Part shown: one piece after another, positions 24,481-37,925 of the stretch | Position numbering within the stretch: the stretch's first letter is position 1 | Layout: every line of letters begins with the position of its first letter | Origin: Callorhinchus milii | Taxonomy: Eukaryota | DNA: 64,000 bases | Assembly: GCF_018977255.1 (NCBI RefSeq) | Contig: NW_024704743.1 | Location: 55,492,001-55,556,000 of the forward strand | Reading direction: 5' to 3' | Translations under genes and position numbers: made by a program | Notes under the pieces: model-generated | What the model saw: only the letters and a program-made list of their open reading frames with translations | Database searches by the model: none | Told to the model about the DNA's origin: nothing

Positions 24481-27400
24481 TGAGATGTCTAGATGATGTG
24501 ATAAACCGCTATACCAAATGTAAGAATGATTATTATTTATCATGCTTGTAGCAAACCGGAAATGGCATCAGCAGTGACCTGATATCCCGGAAGATGACCA
24601 CTTCTTTTAGATCAGGAACTGGCCAGCTTGCAGAGAATGAGTCAACCCACTGTGTGGAGTGAAGATAGCTATTGCCCTTGTTATAGTGTGGGTTGGGATT
24701 TTATGGATTGCAACCACTACATTACAAAAGTGCTCATTGTGTGTGTGTGTAGAATGTAAGTGCAGAAGCTGTACAATTGAGATACTGCACACAGAAGTAT
24801 TGTCTTCGGTCACTACCACAAGGATAATTAATTTCTTTCAGACTAAAATGTATGAAAAGTTTTTTAAAAAAGTCCAAATGTCCAGTGGATAAGCTGTAAA
24901 GAAAGATTAGAAAAATTTACAGTTTGCAGTCTGCAAAGACACAGTTATTAAATGGAGACTTCATCAAAATGTAAAAGTTTGACTGTATTGGTAAAGCTAA
25001 ACTTCTACTACTGAAAGGTAAGGGGCATAATTGGAAAATAGTGAAATGTGCATTTAGACTAGATATTTGGGAGGGGGAGGAAATCTCCACTTCAATGATG
25101 TGTGTTTGGAATAATCTACCCAGCAAGGTAATAGAACCCAAAACATAGGGGTCGTTCAAAATGAAATTGGATATATACATTGTTTTTGCTTGGATGTTTT
25201 TAGCCATGCAATATCTTTAGTCATATTGGTAACAAAGCATCAACCTGATTGCTTTCTTTACAAAAGTTCCTTTTCAATTGTTTGTTTTCATTTTTCCACT
25301 TAAAATCTTCTGGGGTAGAGATGATCTATTTACTGTAATACAGTCAATTCACTTTACAGTATATTCTGTGAAGCGCTTTGAGATGTCTCAAAGATGTGAC
25401 AAGGTGCTATATCAAATGCAAATCAAAAAAATGCAAGGATTATCTAGAAAGACAGCAACTATTAGCAGGAGGCCAGATTATTGCTGTTTTTCTATAGTTT
25501 GTTGAATAACAAAATTTTGTTTTCTACCAACAATGATTTCTCAAGGGTTTGTTGCTAATTTAAAGAACGGCTTTGGGAAATCAAATAAAGCACATTAATC
25601 ATGATAGAAATCTTTGGTCTCTGAGTGGGTGTGGTGTGTTACTTAACTCACAAAATATCCTTAAGATCCTTAATATCAGTGCGCAATTGGCTGCCGCTTT
25701 CACCCACAAAATATACAGTCTGTACACTTTACAGTCTATTCGGTGAAGCGCTTTGAGATGTCTCGAAGACGCAATAAGGCTGTATATCAAATGCAAGGGT
25801 TATTATTAAGACCATAATAAAATTCAAAATGATTATTCTGAAAAGATACTGAAGCATAGTATTGTTGCATGATTAATAAAGCGTGATATTTCTTGTCTGA
25901 TGATTCCAACATTTAGATCCCTTTCCTTCTGATTGCCTTCCCTTGTCACTTTATCCTAAAAGCACCTGAATTGTTGGGATACACTTCTAATCCTACCTGC
26001 ACATACATTACCAACAAGAATTGCTGGATAGCAGTGTGGAATGGGGCCCCTACTGAATTTTGGTATTTGAAGGATGCTGCTATTTAAAGACAATAGTTGT
26101 CCTTACTTGCTGGATATCTGTCTACATATTGCAAACCCTAATCCTGAACCCTAATGTAATCCTCTCAGTGTAGATGTGAGTCAAAGGTTACCCTTTGGCT
26201 AATAAAGCAAACTACAACTCATTGACTGTTTTTTGGCAGACTTTGCATTTCCCAGTGTACGTGCTGACACAGACAGCTGCCTTGACTCTTTACAAAGTGG
26301 CCTAGTTCTGTCAATGCAGTAAGGCCAGGCTTTTGGTACATACATACTGGGGTCTACTTCTAAATCGTATAAAAGTAATACAATAAATGTGACAGCAACA
26401 GAATTTTCTTTTGTGGTGTCATTGTGAAATCGCCTCCCGGGATCCTAGAAATCATACTGTGACTTGCCAATCTCCAGAGTACAGTTATAGCAACATAGGA
26501 ATATCAAAATGCAAGGATTAATATACAAGACCTAAAGAGACTATTAGGATCTTCTGGTCCTAAGGTAAACAAAATACTGTCATTGATTACTTTATCTCTT
26601 GTAGCCCTCAATTTGCATCTTTGCCATCTAACTGATTCTCTCTTGAATTACCTGAAAGGTTCCTCTTTCATAAAAATAATTTTTACTTATGGGTAGGAAG
26701 AATGTGTCAAAGTGTTTTTATAAAGATGCAACAAAGTAAACGCCCAGTATTTTCTGGAGGATTGTTGGCCAGGACACTGGGAGTAACTCCCTTCTCTTTT
26801 CAAATATTGCCACGGGATCTTTAACATCCACCCTGAACAAGCAGATGGGACTTTGATTCAACATCTCATCCCAAAAATAGCCCCTGCAATAATGCATGGC
26901 ACTCCCGAGCACTGGGTTTGGAGTATCAGTCTATGTAAATTCCAAAGTTGGGGTTCAGTTTCTTTATGCTTTAGGACCTTGAATACTTAAACAACATCTC
27001 TCCTGAGCATGCTCTTCTCAGGGCGCTTGACTCACTTGATCCAGGGTGAATTCTGAGGATTATTCTATCTCAGTCCCTGCTGATTGTTTGCTGCTCTGTT
27101 TCTTGGTACTTAGCAATGAGTGCTTGTTCAGTAACAGCCGGTGCCAAAGATGTCACGATTTCTTTTAAAAAAAAAGTCTTGTCACATTTAGCTGGAACGG
27201 GAACAGAGTGGTGCTCATCACTGCTGATCAGCATTGATGGCAGACTGTCAGTGTTACAAGGGACAGCTGCTGACAAGTAGAATAAACTGTGGCAATACTC
27301 GTAGAGATCAGGTCTAGATCAGTGGTTCTTTTGTGGATCATGGGTAGAGAATACCAAAGGACATGTCCTGTTACACTTCACTGCCCCTTTGTGAAATTGA

Positions 27401-27571
27401 ATTATGGCCAAAAAATATCGAAATTCCCAACAAAATATCGGCATCCCCACTGTGTTCTAATCAAAATGAGCCGCATCCAGATAATTGCAAGTTTCAAGAT
27501 TTTTAAAATCCTTTTTCATGAATCTCACAAATTAGACTTCCCATTTATATTAGACCAGGTAAGACCATCTG

Positions 27572-27712
27572 TAAACAAAAGGCCAAGTACTGCAGATGCT
27601 GGAATTCGGGTATAAACACAGAAGTCGCTGAAAACACGCAGCAGGTTAGGCAGCATCCATGGAGAGAGGAAAATGAGTTAATGTTTCAGGTCATTGACCT
27701 TTTGGCAGAAGA
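27572..27712 (-). mobile_element. Penelope-type terminal-repeat remnant with decayed hammerhead motif
   Basis: tactgcagatgctggaa..gcagcaggttaggcagcatcc..gagttaatgtttcaggtc resembles a common chondrichthyan Penelope repeat (recalled, not searched). Confidence 0.6.
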
Positions 27713-28013
27713 CCAGCAGTATTACAGTTAGGGTACCCATGTGAAAGTTGAGATTGACTGAATGTATAATTATTTCTGATTGTGTTATCTTTATTAACCT
27801 CTGTCCCAGGAGCAGCACTAAAGTTGGGATACCTTGATGTGCAGCAAAAAAAAAGACATCAGCCTTGTCCCATATTTGAATCCAAAGAGATTTCCAACAA
27901 GAGTCACCGGGCACATTGAAATGGGTTGATTTAACCCTAATGGCTGTAACCATTTTAACCTCATTTAGAATTGTACCCTATATTTTTGGGCACGTAAGCA
28001 TTTGCACAACATT

Positions 28014-28044
<31 letters not shown>

Positions 28045-28614
28045 CAGTCTTGCTACATCCTCTCAAAAACTCATTGGAGTTCAGATTACCAGTGCAGACA
28101 AGTTTGTCTGTACTTGCTTTTTACTCAGGCGATTATATATAAACATTGAGGGATTGGCCCCACATCTAGCTTCTCAGACCCTATATGAGTATCTCTAAAT
28201 TAGACCCCTCTCCGCACCCAATAGAAATTTACAGCTCAGAATAAGGCTACTCAACCCATTATATCTGAGCTGGCGTTTTGGAAGAGCAATCCTTTCATTC
28301 CCATTAACCTACCCTTTCCCCATATCTTTGTAGTTTACTCTACCAACACATGCTTCTTCAAAATGGGTCCTTGGAAGAAACGAATAGAGCTGTAAATCTG
28401 CTTAACTATACAATATCCCTGAAGTTGGTGTTACTGGAATTATTATGGCTGCTCACATGAATAAGAAATGAAGAAATAATGAAGGCATTTCACTGGATGG
28501 AGAAGCATAAAAGTGCCAACTTTGAAAGCCTCTGAAAGAGGGTATTGAATATGGCTCATGTGGTTGTCGAGGCCACACGGGATTTGGAAGCAATTATTGA
28601 TCCAGTCTAACCAT

Positions 28615-29740
28615 GTCTCAGCCTGGCGCAGTGGTAATACTCTGAGTCAGAAGGCTGTGGGTTCAAGCCCCACTTCAGGACATGCAATTCCAAGGGCTAA
28701 GATGACACTCCAATGTAGTGCTGGGGGAGTGTTGCATTGTCGGAGGTGCTGTTCTTTGAATGGGGTGTTAAACCGAGGTCCTGCCTGCCTGTTTAGATGG
28801 ACGTTAAAGATCCCATAGCATGATTCAAAAAGAGAAGGGAGTTTCTCTTGGTGTCCTGGCCATAAAGCCCCCAAATAAAATTGGTTACAACTCTATGGCT
28901 ATTTGTGGAACGTTGCTGTGCTGGCTGCTAGTTTTCACCCACGACATACAACAACAAGGTTCCATTTATAGTGCGCCTTTCACGTCGGGAGAACATCCCA
29001 AGGCGCTGGACAGTTGGGTCAGGACCCGAGCCTTGGGGGGGAAAATGGTCAGGGTGAGGGGAGGGAAGGGAGGGAGCGAGGAGGGGGTAGAGAGTTGAGA
29101 GGGGAGCTGAAGGCACGGTCAAAGAGAAAGGTCTTGAGACCGGCCTTGAAGGAGGAAAGGGAGGAGGCGGCGAAGGCACTGGGGATAGAGTTCCAGAGCC
29201 TCGGGGCTGAGAGGCTGAAGGCCCGACCACCGATGGTAGGGCGGTTGGGGCGGGGGATGTGGAGCAGACCGGAGCCAGAGGAACGGAGGGTACGGGCAGG
29301 TAGGTAGGGGGATAGTAGGTCGGAGAGGTAGGAGGGAGCAACGCCGTGAATGGCCTTGTAGGTGAGGATGAGGATCTTGAATTCGATCCTCTGGGGGATG
29401 GGGAGCCAGTGGAGGCGAGCGAGGGTGGGGGTGATGTGGTCCCGAAGCCTGGTGCGGGACAGTACACGAGCTGCAGAGTTCTGAATAACCTGCAACTTGT
29501 GGAGGGAGGTGCCGGGAAGGCCGGCGAGGAGAGAGTTCCCATAGTCCAGCCTTGAGGTGATAAACCAGAGTTTCAGCAACGTGAGGGGTGAGGTAGTACC
29601 GTAGTTTGTCGATGTTCCAGAGGTGATGGGAGGCGGTGCCAGTTGTGGCGCGGATATGAGGAAGAAAGGACAGCTCAGGGTCAAACAGAACCCCGAGGAT
29701 CCTGACAGTATATCCTATGAAACGCTTTGAGAAGTCTTCT
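28615..29740 (+). mobile_element. Deu-domain tRNA SINE, split by L2 at 28951-29706
   Basis: tRNA-like head, then gcattgtcggaggtgc..gttaaaccgaggtcc..taaagatcccat..ggtgtcctggcc (Deu domain as recalled from AmnSINE1/SacSINE1). Confidence 0.85.
28951..29706 (-). mobile_element. L2 subfamily A 3' fragment inserted in a Deu-type SINE
   Basis: Near-identical to 2800-3560; 211-aa ORF. Confidence 0.93.
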
Positions 29741-30014
29741 TATTAACAACAACAACTTGCATTTATATAGCGCCCTTCATGCCGGACAAAGTCTCGGAGT
29801 GCTTAAATTAATAATATTATTAATGCAGTTTTCATAAGATTATCTCCCAACAGGTCCTGGGTGAACGCATCACAAACACTAAAAGTCAGATGAGGATAAT
29901 CGTAGCTCCTATGGAGTGGAAGTGGAAGATCACAGACTCTTTGTGAAACCCAGTTGAGAAAAGGAACATGGGATACCCACTCCCCTTTGCTCAACACGTC
30001 ACTGGCATTAACCT

Positions 30015-30322
30015 TGAGCACTTTGAGAGACCTGGATTCGATTCCTGGTAGGGCAAAACCTTGGGCAAGTTTCTTTATTCCACACGCCTGATAATAATCC
30101 CTTAAGAAAAAAAACAATAATATATTGGTCATTTCAATCTACGACTTTGTAGGATACTGCTGTGCGCAAATGGCTGCTGCCTTTTGCCCACAAATAAATA
30201 GTCAATTCACTTTACGGTATGTTCTGTAAAGCACTTTGAGACGTTTTAACGACCTAATAAGGCACTATATGAAATCGAAAGATGTGGAAAAAGCGGTATA
30301 TCAAATGCAAGGATTTTTATTA
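30015..30322 (+). mobile_element. tRNA/CORE-like SINE, short variant
   Basis: B box, accttgggcaagtt, shared body and tail. Confidence 0.8.
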
Positions 30323-33300
30323 TACTGTACAACCTGCATTCAATATGAGGGCATTGCTTTTCCAAGTAAAACGCTACTCCATTAAGGTCTGTAAAGTTAC
30401 ACTTGGACTGAAACATTTGAAAAGTTAAAGTAATGAGTAAAAATATTTTCTTAACACTAGTTTTGCCTATGAATACACAGTCGCTACAGATTTTTAGAAA
30501 ATCTCTGAAGCACTTGGAAATGTTTCAACATATAATTATTTGCCCACAAAATTTGCAGTCATTTCACTTTACAGTATATCCTGTGAATCGCTTTGAGACG
30601 ACTCGGAGACGTGATTAGGTGCCATGTCAAATGCAAGGATTATTATTATCCCTAAAAGATAGTGGCAGAGTGGCAAAGCTATCCATTCCCTCATAGACTG
30701 CTTTCTCCCTTCTACCTTTCCTTCCCTGCTCAGGCACGACTCCATCTCCGCAAAGTGTTTTGAGAAATGTAACATTTCACATGAAATGTGCTTTGGGGGA
30801 ATTGGTACACAAAGTCTAGTAAGATAGAAAAGATGTAATACTCTGACAAGCCTCTTCCAAGGTGCTGAAATCCCAACAGAGCAGAGTCCTTCTCATCCAA
30901 ATAAGAGTGAGGCTGATCAGCACAACCCTATAAACAGCACCTTGAGATGAGACTGGTAGAGGTCAATGTATATAAGACAAAACCCCACAGAGTTCATGTC
31001 GGGGGGTATTGAGGTTTAAATTTGAATCATTAGAAAATGAAACCTCATAGAGTTATGTTGTGTGTGTCATTTTGCTATTTCTGCAACACATAGACGATGG
31101 GTTGACCCAGCTTGTCTTTGTGCTCATATAATCTATAAGTGCAAGCTCCGTGTACCAGCTGCAAACATCTGCCATTCCAAAAGGAGGCAAGTCACTGCAC
31201 AACTTGCTGACTCAAGAATTAAGGAGATCAATTAAAATTAAATGACAACTTGCATTCATATAGCGCCTTTCACGCGGGACAGCGTCTTGGAGCGCTTGTG
31301 ATGGAGCCTGATGCTGAGCTGGGGGGGTGGGGAGGTGGGGGGGCGGTGTGGAAGTGACCGGATCACCATGATTATTATTATCCTTTTGCTATTGATTTGT
31401 TTAGACTATTTTGATGCACTGTCTTGGGTATCTATGAAATGCTGGCAGTCATGGACTGCTTTCTCCCTTTTACTGGCATTGACACAATAATCCCCTCTCA
31501 TAGTCATGTAACGATTGGTGAATAGAATAGTTGCCTCTTCTCCCCACCTGCTTGAGGGACGAGGCAAAAAGTGATTGACATACTCAGTCATCCACAATAT
31601 TTCTCATATTCCCTGCCTGTTAAAGGTCAAGGTGTCTAGGCAACTTGAGTCTTAGCAAGGCAATATCAGCATATTTCTTTTAAAGAGATAGCAATTTGCA
31701 TTGCTTGACTAGTAGTTTTGATCTTCAGTGGTTTCAGCGGATAAAAGCCCAATCTACTATAACGTGCATACAGACCAAAAGGCTGTAGGTTCAGCCTATA
31801 GCTAATCTCAACTGGGATAGGGGGGAGTTTAGGGGGGAGGTTACAATTGTCAGTGCATCCCTGTGCTTGGGGAGGCAAAATTAGCTCACAATTATTATCT
31901 AGTGATCCTTGTTGCTCAAAAGACAACATACCAGGAAATCTTGAGTATTAATCTAAAAGTCAAAATGCTAACTCTCGGTCTCCCTCTTCTGTTCTACAAT
32001 ACATCCCAGACTAAAATATGTAGATCACCAGATCTACAACGCGGATTAACACTGCATTAAAAGATGTCCTGCCTGCCAGCATTTGATAAGTTCATCAGAA
32101 TAGTCACACAAATCAATAAATAAAAAGGATAATAATAATCACAGCAGTGGACATGACACAAACGGCCTTTCATGCAATGAGAACCTCTAAGGAAACATGC
32201 TTCTTCCTTGAGTAATTTGGAAAACATTTAGTGAGCCAAGTACTAAAAGTATAATTTTAATAGGCAATATCCCTCTACCATCAAGTATTTTACTCCTACG
32301 TACAGCATGCTGAATAATACAGTACTGTATTGAGATTTCCACCTTGTAACATTCACCAAGGTTATAAGGAGAAAGTAGACATAGATGATAAAATAGTCTC
32401 TGATTGATCATGTGCTAATTTTACAGAAATGTGATCTGAATAGGGTAGATGATTATGGCTGAATAATGCATTGATGGATTGATATTGTGATTTTTTTTAA
32501 TAAAGTGCTTTATGGATCCAAAGGACATTTCAGAGCTTTTTCTTAGAAATGTTACCCATGATTCAGCTTCTCCGTATGGGGACTAAATGGCCATGACTTG
32601 GTGATTGTAGATGATCTGTGTAAGGAAATTGAGGGGAAAAAAAACCAGCTTGTATGATTAATCTTAAAGCTAATAATTGATAATATAAAATGATTCACTT
32701 CAGGATCTGAGCCAATGGTTGTTTTTGCTTGAAATTCTGCACTGAGCCTGTGATGCTTTCACAACATAATGCAGCATCTGGTCTGGAGACTTTGTCCCTC
32801 TCCTCTAATTGTTCTTCTACACTATTCAGTAATACTTTGCCCACAAAATATTACAGTGTATTCTGTGAAGTGCTTTGAGACGTCTCAAAGATGTACGTGC
32901 ACACCTTAAAGCAAAACTGCCAAACGACATATTCCCAATAAGATGAGCGCCATCTGATTCGTAGTCTCTGTCTGGATCATAGTTGAGCGCAGCTAAATGG
33001 AGTCACCTCTGTTGCTGGGTGTCATTTTGCCATGTTCTTGCATGCCGTGTTCTTCCTTCTGCTCAGCTCACATCAACCACGTCCCTGTCTAATCTGCCCA
33101 CCATTGGTGAGTGAGCTATCAGCCATTCTACCCCTGCTCTCTGGATCGTCATCCTGGAGTCCCTCTGCCTCACCTATCCCTCCCCACTTTTAAAGCTCAT
33201 CTTAAGACCTATCTTTTTGACTGCACTTTCGGTCCCCTTTTCCTTCGCCCCCCCCCACCCCTCCTGGATGCCTGTCACCTATGTACAATGGTTCAAAGAT

Positions 33301-33338
33301 CGTCCTGGGGTGAAAGGCGTCATATAGAGCAGATGTAA

Positions 33339-33692
33339 TAATAATAATAATCCTTCGATTTCATATAGCGCCTTAATAGGTCGTTAAAACGTCTCAAAGT
33401 GCTTCACAGAACATACAGTAAAGTGAATTGACTGTATATTTTGTAGGTGAAATGTGGCAGCACACAGCAGGGTACCACAAATAGTGGTGCATTCAGTAAC
33501 CAAATTATAGTTAATATATATTTTTTTGAAGGGATTATGACCCCCGGAAAGCGATCCACCAATTGACTAACAACCGGGCGTGTGTGTGTGGAGTGAGGAA
33601 ACTTACCTAAGGTTTCGCCCTGACTCATCCAGGAATCGAACCCATGTCCTCTCGCTTGTGAGCCGAGCGGCCTAACCACTGAGCTACAGGAC
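33339..33692 (-). mobile_element. Full-length tRNA/CORE-like SINE, intermediate variant
   Basis: A box, B box GGTTCGATTCC, shared body and tail. Confidence 0.88.
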
Positions 33693-34017
33693 TTGGTGGT
33701 AAATTGCTGTTACTGGCATTTAACAGAGTGGCAATTTATAATCAAAATCGGTAAAATGGAGCAACTGTAAATGCTTCTCAACTTCAAAGATAAATTGTGT
33801 TGGAGCAAAGTTCCCACAAGTCAGTGATGTACTTCTGGTTATTAAGGAATTCCTTTAGAAATTGCTGCATGTGATCTGGCCAACCACAGTATATCTGTAA
33901 TTATAAAAATAGGGATTCTGTAGAATTGAATGTTCTGTTTTGTTTATATGTGTCGAATGTTTTGTTAAAGCCTAGAACTACCCTTAATTCAATACTTTGT
34001 GCTTAATTATTTTGCAG

Positions 34018-34156
34018 CACGGAATGACTCCTCTGATGCATGCGGCATATAAAGGAAAAGCTGAAATGTGCAAGCTGCTGCTGCAACACGGAGCTGATGT
34101 GAATTGCAACGAGCATGAGCATGGTTACACGGCTCTTATGTTTGCTGGGCTTTCAG
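34018..34156 (+). CDS. ANKMY2: ANKMY2 exon 3, ankyrin repeats (HGMTPLMHAAYKG...GYTALMFAGLS)
   Basis: ttttgcag acceptor; CAG|gtaacc donor; ankyrin GxTPLMxAA motifs; 139 nt. Confidence 0.97.
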
Positions 34157-34618
34157 GTAACCTGCTTATTTGCATTCAAATCACTGTATCTTTTTTCATA
34201 ATTCACAACTGTGCAGTCAAATCTGAGGTGGTATAAATTACTAAAGGAGAAGAGAGAATAACATTGTGACTACTTCCAAGCAACTGCTTTTGTGGGTGAT
34301 TTTGTTGTCTGACCAACCTACTTAGTTCATCAATGGGACTTGGAAGATCTCTGCTTGCACTGACCCAGAATTCTTCCCACTGAACTTATAAACCTTCAAA
34401 CCTAGTCTTTAGTGGGTAGGGTAGGGCCAGTTGGACCAAAAAGTTGGAAGCTTAGCAGCATCTCGGGTTGTTTCAAACTGGTTTAATTTCCGCTCTACTC
34501 TAATGCCTTGGCTTCTGTCATTGCTCATCTCTTTTCCATTGAATGTTTAGTGAGCAATGTGCTTAATTGGAGGAGCATTATTTATCTCTATTTAATATTT
34601 TAAAAATCCTCTGTACAG

Positions 34619-34717
34619 GTAGCAAAGACATAACCAGAATGATGTTGGAAGCAGGTGCTGAAACGGATGTTGTAAACTCAGTTGGACGAACTGCAGCACA
34701 GATGGCGGCCTTTGTTG
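34619..34717 (+). CDS. ANKMY2: ANKMY2 exon 4, ankyrin repeat (SKDITRMMLEAGAETDVVNSVGRTAAQMAAFV)
   Basis: ctgtacag acceptor; TTG|gtaagc donor; 99 nt. Confidence 0.97.
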
Positions 34718-35448
34718 GTAAGCTTCAGAGAGTAGTCTTTGATGTGATGTAGCCGGCTATGTTTCTCTTTTTTTTAAAAAAAAGCTATTAACTTTTACTT
34801 CTGCGGTACATGTGACCTCATCCTACAGCTATACTTCACAGAAACACTTTGATGCTGCTTAATGTGATCGTATCAGGTCGAGAGGTTATGTATTTTTTCT
34901 CTTTTGTAATAGGTACATCCACTTGGACTGTGACCTGTTCCCCGTTCAAGTTATTGAATTCTCAAAACCTTTCCGCTGCATAAATCAGTCTTGAGAACAA
35001 TCAATCCATCTTAGTAAGCGCTGAGTTAAAATGAACACTACTTTAATGAATATTCTATGACTATTTGAAAATATGGTGACCCTGTTATCACGCACCTCAG
35101 TTGAAAGGCGTTTTCTTATATTGAGGGATAAGACTATATGTGGACTGCCTGTACCGACCGGGCCTGTGAAGGAGGCATGGCTGATATCATGTGCTCATGT
35201 GGACATCAGCGGTGACCTGATGAGCTCTAGGTGGGACAAGACTATGTGTTCAAAGATCTGACCTGGGGTCTGAACCCACAATTGACTCGGAGGCGAGAGT
35301 GCTACCAACTAAGCCAGATGACACAGAAGTTGTTAAAGTAAACATAGCGGTATTGGGTAACTTATCACTCAATATGATGTTCAGAAAAGTATAAATGGTT
35401 CTGTGGTTAAAAGTGTTAAAATATAATTTTCAAATCTTTCTTCATTAG

Positions 35449-35609
35449 GTCAGCACGACTGCGTAACCATTATCAACAACTTCTTTTCCCGGGAACGACT
35501 GGACTACTACACAAAACCACAAGGCCTCGACAAAGAGCCCAAGCTCCCAGTCAAATTAGCAGGACCCTTGCACAAAATCATCACAACAACAAACCTGCAC
35601 CCTGTCAGG
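35449..35609 (+). CDS. ANKMY2: ANKMY2 exon 5 (QHDCVTIINNFFSRERLDYYTKPQGLDKEPKLP...NLHPVR)
   Basis: Translated by hand; ttcattag acceptor; AGG|gttagt donor; 161 nt. Confidence 0.96.
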
Positions 35610-35902
35610 GTTAGTAATCTACGTTGAACACACATGGACTGGGCAGCAAGATTCCTAAAAAGTTTGAAACTTCTTAAACTGATAATACGGAAGCTTTTCC
35701 GCATTTTACAAATGTTTAGTTCCTCTCTTCCCCTGTCCACAGCTGTCACACTGTTCCCCAAGTTCGGAGGATGGTGTTTGCCAGCTCCCAGACCCTATCT
35801 TAACTGCTGTTGATCCAGTCACTAAGAGGTGCCTAATAACAGGGTTTAGTAAAGAACACATTTGAGTTCTATTATTCCACAGCCGTGTGTTGGATGTCAA
35901 TC

Positions 35903-36500
35903 ACAACAACAACAACTTGGATTTATATAGCGCCCTCCACCCCGGTCGGCGTCTCGGAGCGCTTCACAGTAACAGATCCTGGGGCCGAGCCAGGGGGAGG
36001 GGGAGGAAGGTAACCAAAGGCGCGGTCGAAAAGAAAGGTCTTCAGCCGAGACCTGAAAATAGGAAGAGGGGTCGAGGCGAAGGGAATGAGGAAGGGAGTT
36101 CCAGAGCCTCGGGGCGTAGTGGCTGAAGGCACAGCCACCGAGGGTGGAGCGGAGGACTCGGGGGACAAGTAGGAGGCCAGACCCGGAGGAACGAAGGCAA
36201 CGGGCACTGTTTTGAGGAGAGAGGTCAGAGAGGTAGGGGGGTGCAGAGGAGTGGAGGGATTTGAAGACAAGGGTGAGGATCTTGAAGTCGATCCTCTCTG
36301 GGACAGGCAGCCAGTGCAGTCTGGCAAGGACTGGGGAAATCAGGAAGCGGAGTTTGGTGCGGGTGAGAGCGCGTGCGGCAGAGTTTTGGATAATCTGGAT
36401 TTTATGGATGGTAGTGGAGGGGAGGCCAGCTAGGAGGGCATTTGAGTAGTCCAGCCGAGCGGTGACAAAGGCATGGACCAGGGTTTCAGCGGCTGATGGT
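35903..36500 (-). mobile_element. L2 3' fragment, third subfamily (C)
   Basis: Distinct tail gcgctccgagacgccgaccgggtggagggcgc with (TTG)n; same family as 52254-52470 (+). Confidence 0.88.
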
Positions 36501-37291
36501 ATTAGTAGATAGAATTTGAATGCCGGACTGTGCTGATATTTGCTGGTCTCAGCAAGGGCTGCATGGGGAGGCTAAATTGGCCTCTGGATGAGGTGTGGGA
36601 GGAGAGTGAGAGGGGTCGGGGTGTGAGAGTAACCAGCTAGGGTTTCAGCTCCTGGTTCCTGTTGAGCCTCTACTTGCTGTGTGTTTACATAGCAGCTAAG
36701 TGGGAAAGTCAGGCTTGGCTTTGATGCCCTGTTCAGTTGACTGGTCTTCCAGGACTCATGGCCAAAGATCACAAATCAACAATGGCTCCATGGGCAACAT
36801 CCCAGAGAACAACCAGTGCCTGTGGAACCACATCCCAACTAGAGCAGGCCGGGCAGGAAGCAGAGAAGCACAATGCCAGTGGGAAGAAAATTAGGAAAAC
36901 AATTGGACACTAAATTGATTTTTTAAAAAATGTTGTAAAGCAAATGCACTGGCATTCGAGCTTGAATTGTAGATCTGCAACCAATTCAATTTTAAACGTA
37001 CTTCTGTAATTAAACAAAATTGCATTATTTTTGGAATGAAGAAGAATGCAATAAGGCAATACATTCTGGTCATTTCAATTTAGCTGTGTTCATTTCAAAC
37101 TCCCAAACTGATTATGATTAATCCAAGCATGTTTCATACACACTTTGATTATGATATTCTTGTATGTGATATCGGATATCATATACAATGAGTTCAAGAA
37201 ACGTACGTGTATTAATTATAATCGTTTGTCAGAAAATCACCTTTTGTAATTTGAGGTAATAATGTTCTTTTGTGTTTTGTGGTGTTTACAG

Positions 37292-37506
37292 ATTATACTT
37301 CTGATTAAGGAGAACCCTTTGCTGGCAGAAGTTGATGCGTTGGGCAAATGCTACAAGATATTGGACCTTATATGTGAGAAATGTATGAAACAGAGGGAAA
37401 TCAATGAAGTGCTGGCCATGAAGATGCACTACCTCAGCTACATCTTCCAGAAGTGTATCAGCTTCTTAAAGGAACAAGAAGATAAACTCGATGGACTCAT
37501 TAAGAG
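37292..37506 (+). CDS. ANKMY2: ANKMY2 exon 6 (IILLIKENPLL...NEVLAMKMHYLS...LDGLIK)
   Basis: tttacag acceptor; GAG|gtgagc donor; 215 nt. Confidence 0.96.
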
Positions 37507-37925
37507 GTGAGCAGCTGCGTTAGTGGCAATTGTGAGTTCAGAAACCAAGGCTCCCTTTTAAATTTCGATTGAGATGATGATCTCACCAAATCTGCAAACC
37601 TGTGCAATTTAAAATTTTGGTTCACATTGCAACTGACCAATTTTGAAATATTATTTTAACAACAATTTGCACTTTTAGAGCACCTTTATTATGTAGGAGA
37701 ACATCTCAAAGTACTTTATAAAGATGGACTGGGAGCCCAAGCTGAGAGTTGGGGTGGTCAAAAGTGCAATCAAAGTTTGTTTAGTATTCTGCAAATAAGA
37801 TGGTGATTTATGTAGCACTCATAAACCGAGATCCATCTTAATGATGTAGTGCTACATTGATTTAGAATGGTATATTGTAGACATGGTGCTATTTTAGTGA
37901 CCTGAGAAGGGTGAATGGCTTAGAA

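Noticed and set aside
26133..26156. Telomere-like aaccctaa motifs
   Set aside because: Only two or three degenerate units; not an interstitial telomeric array.
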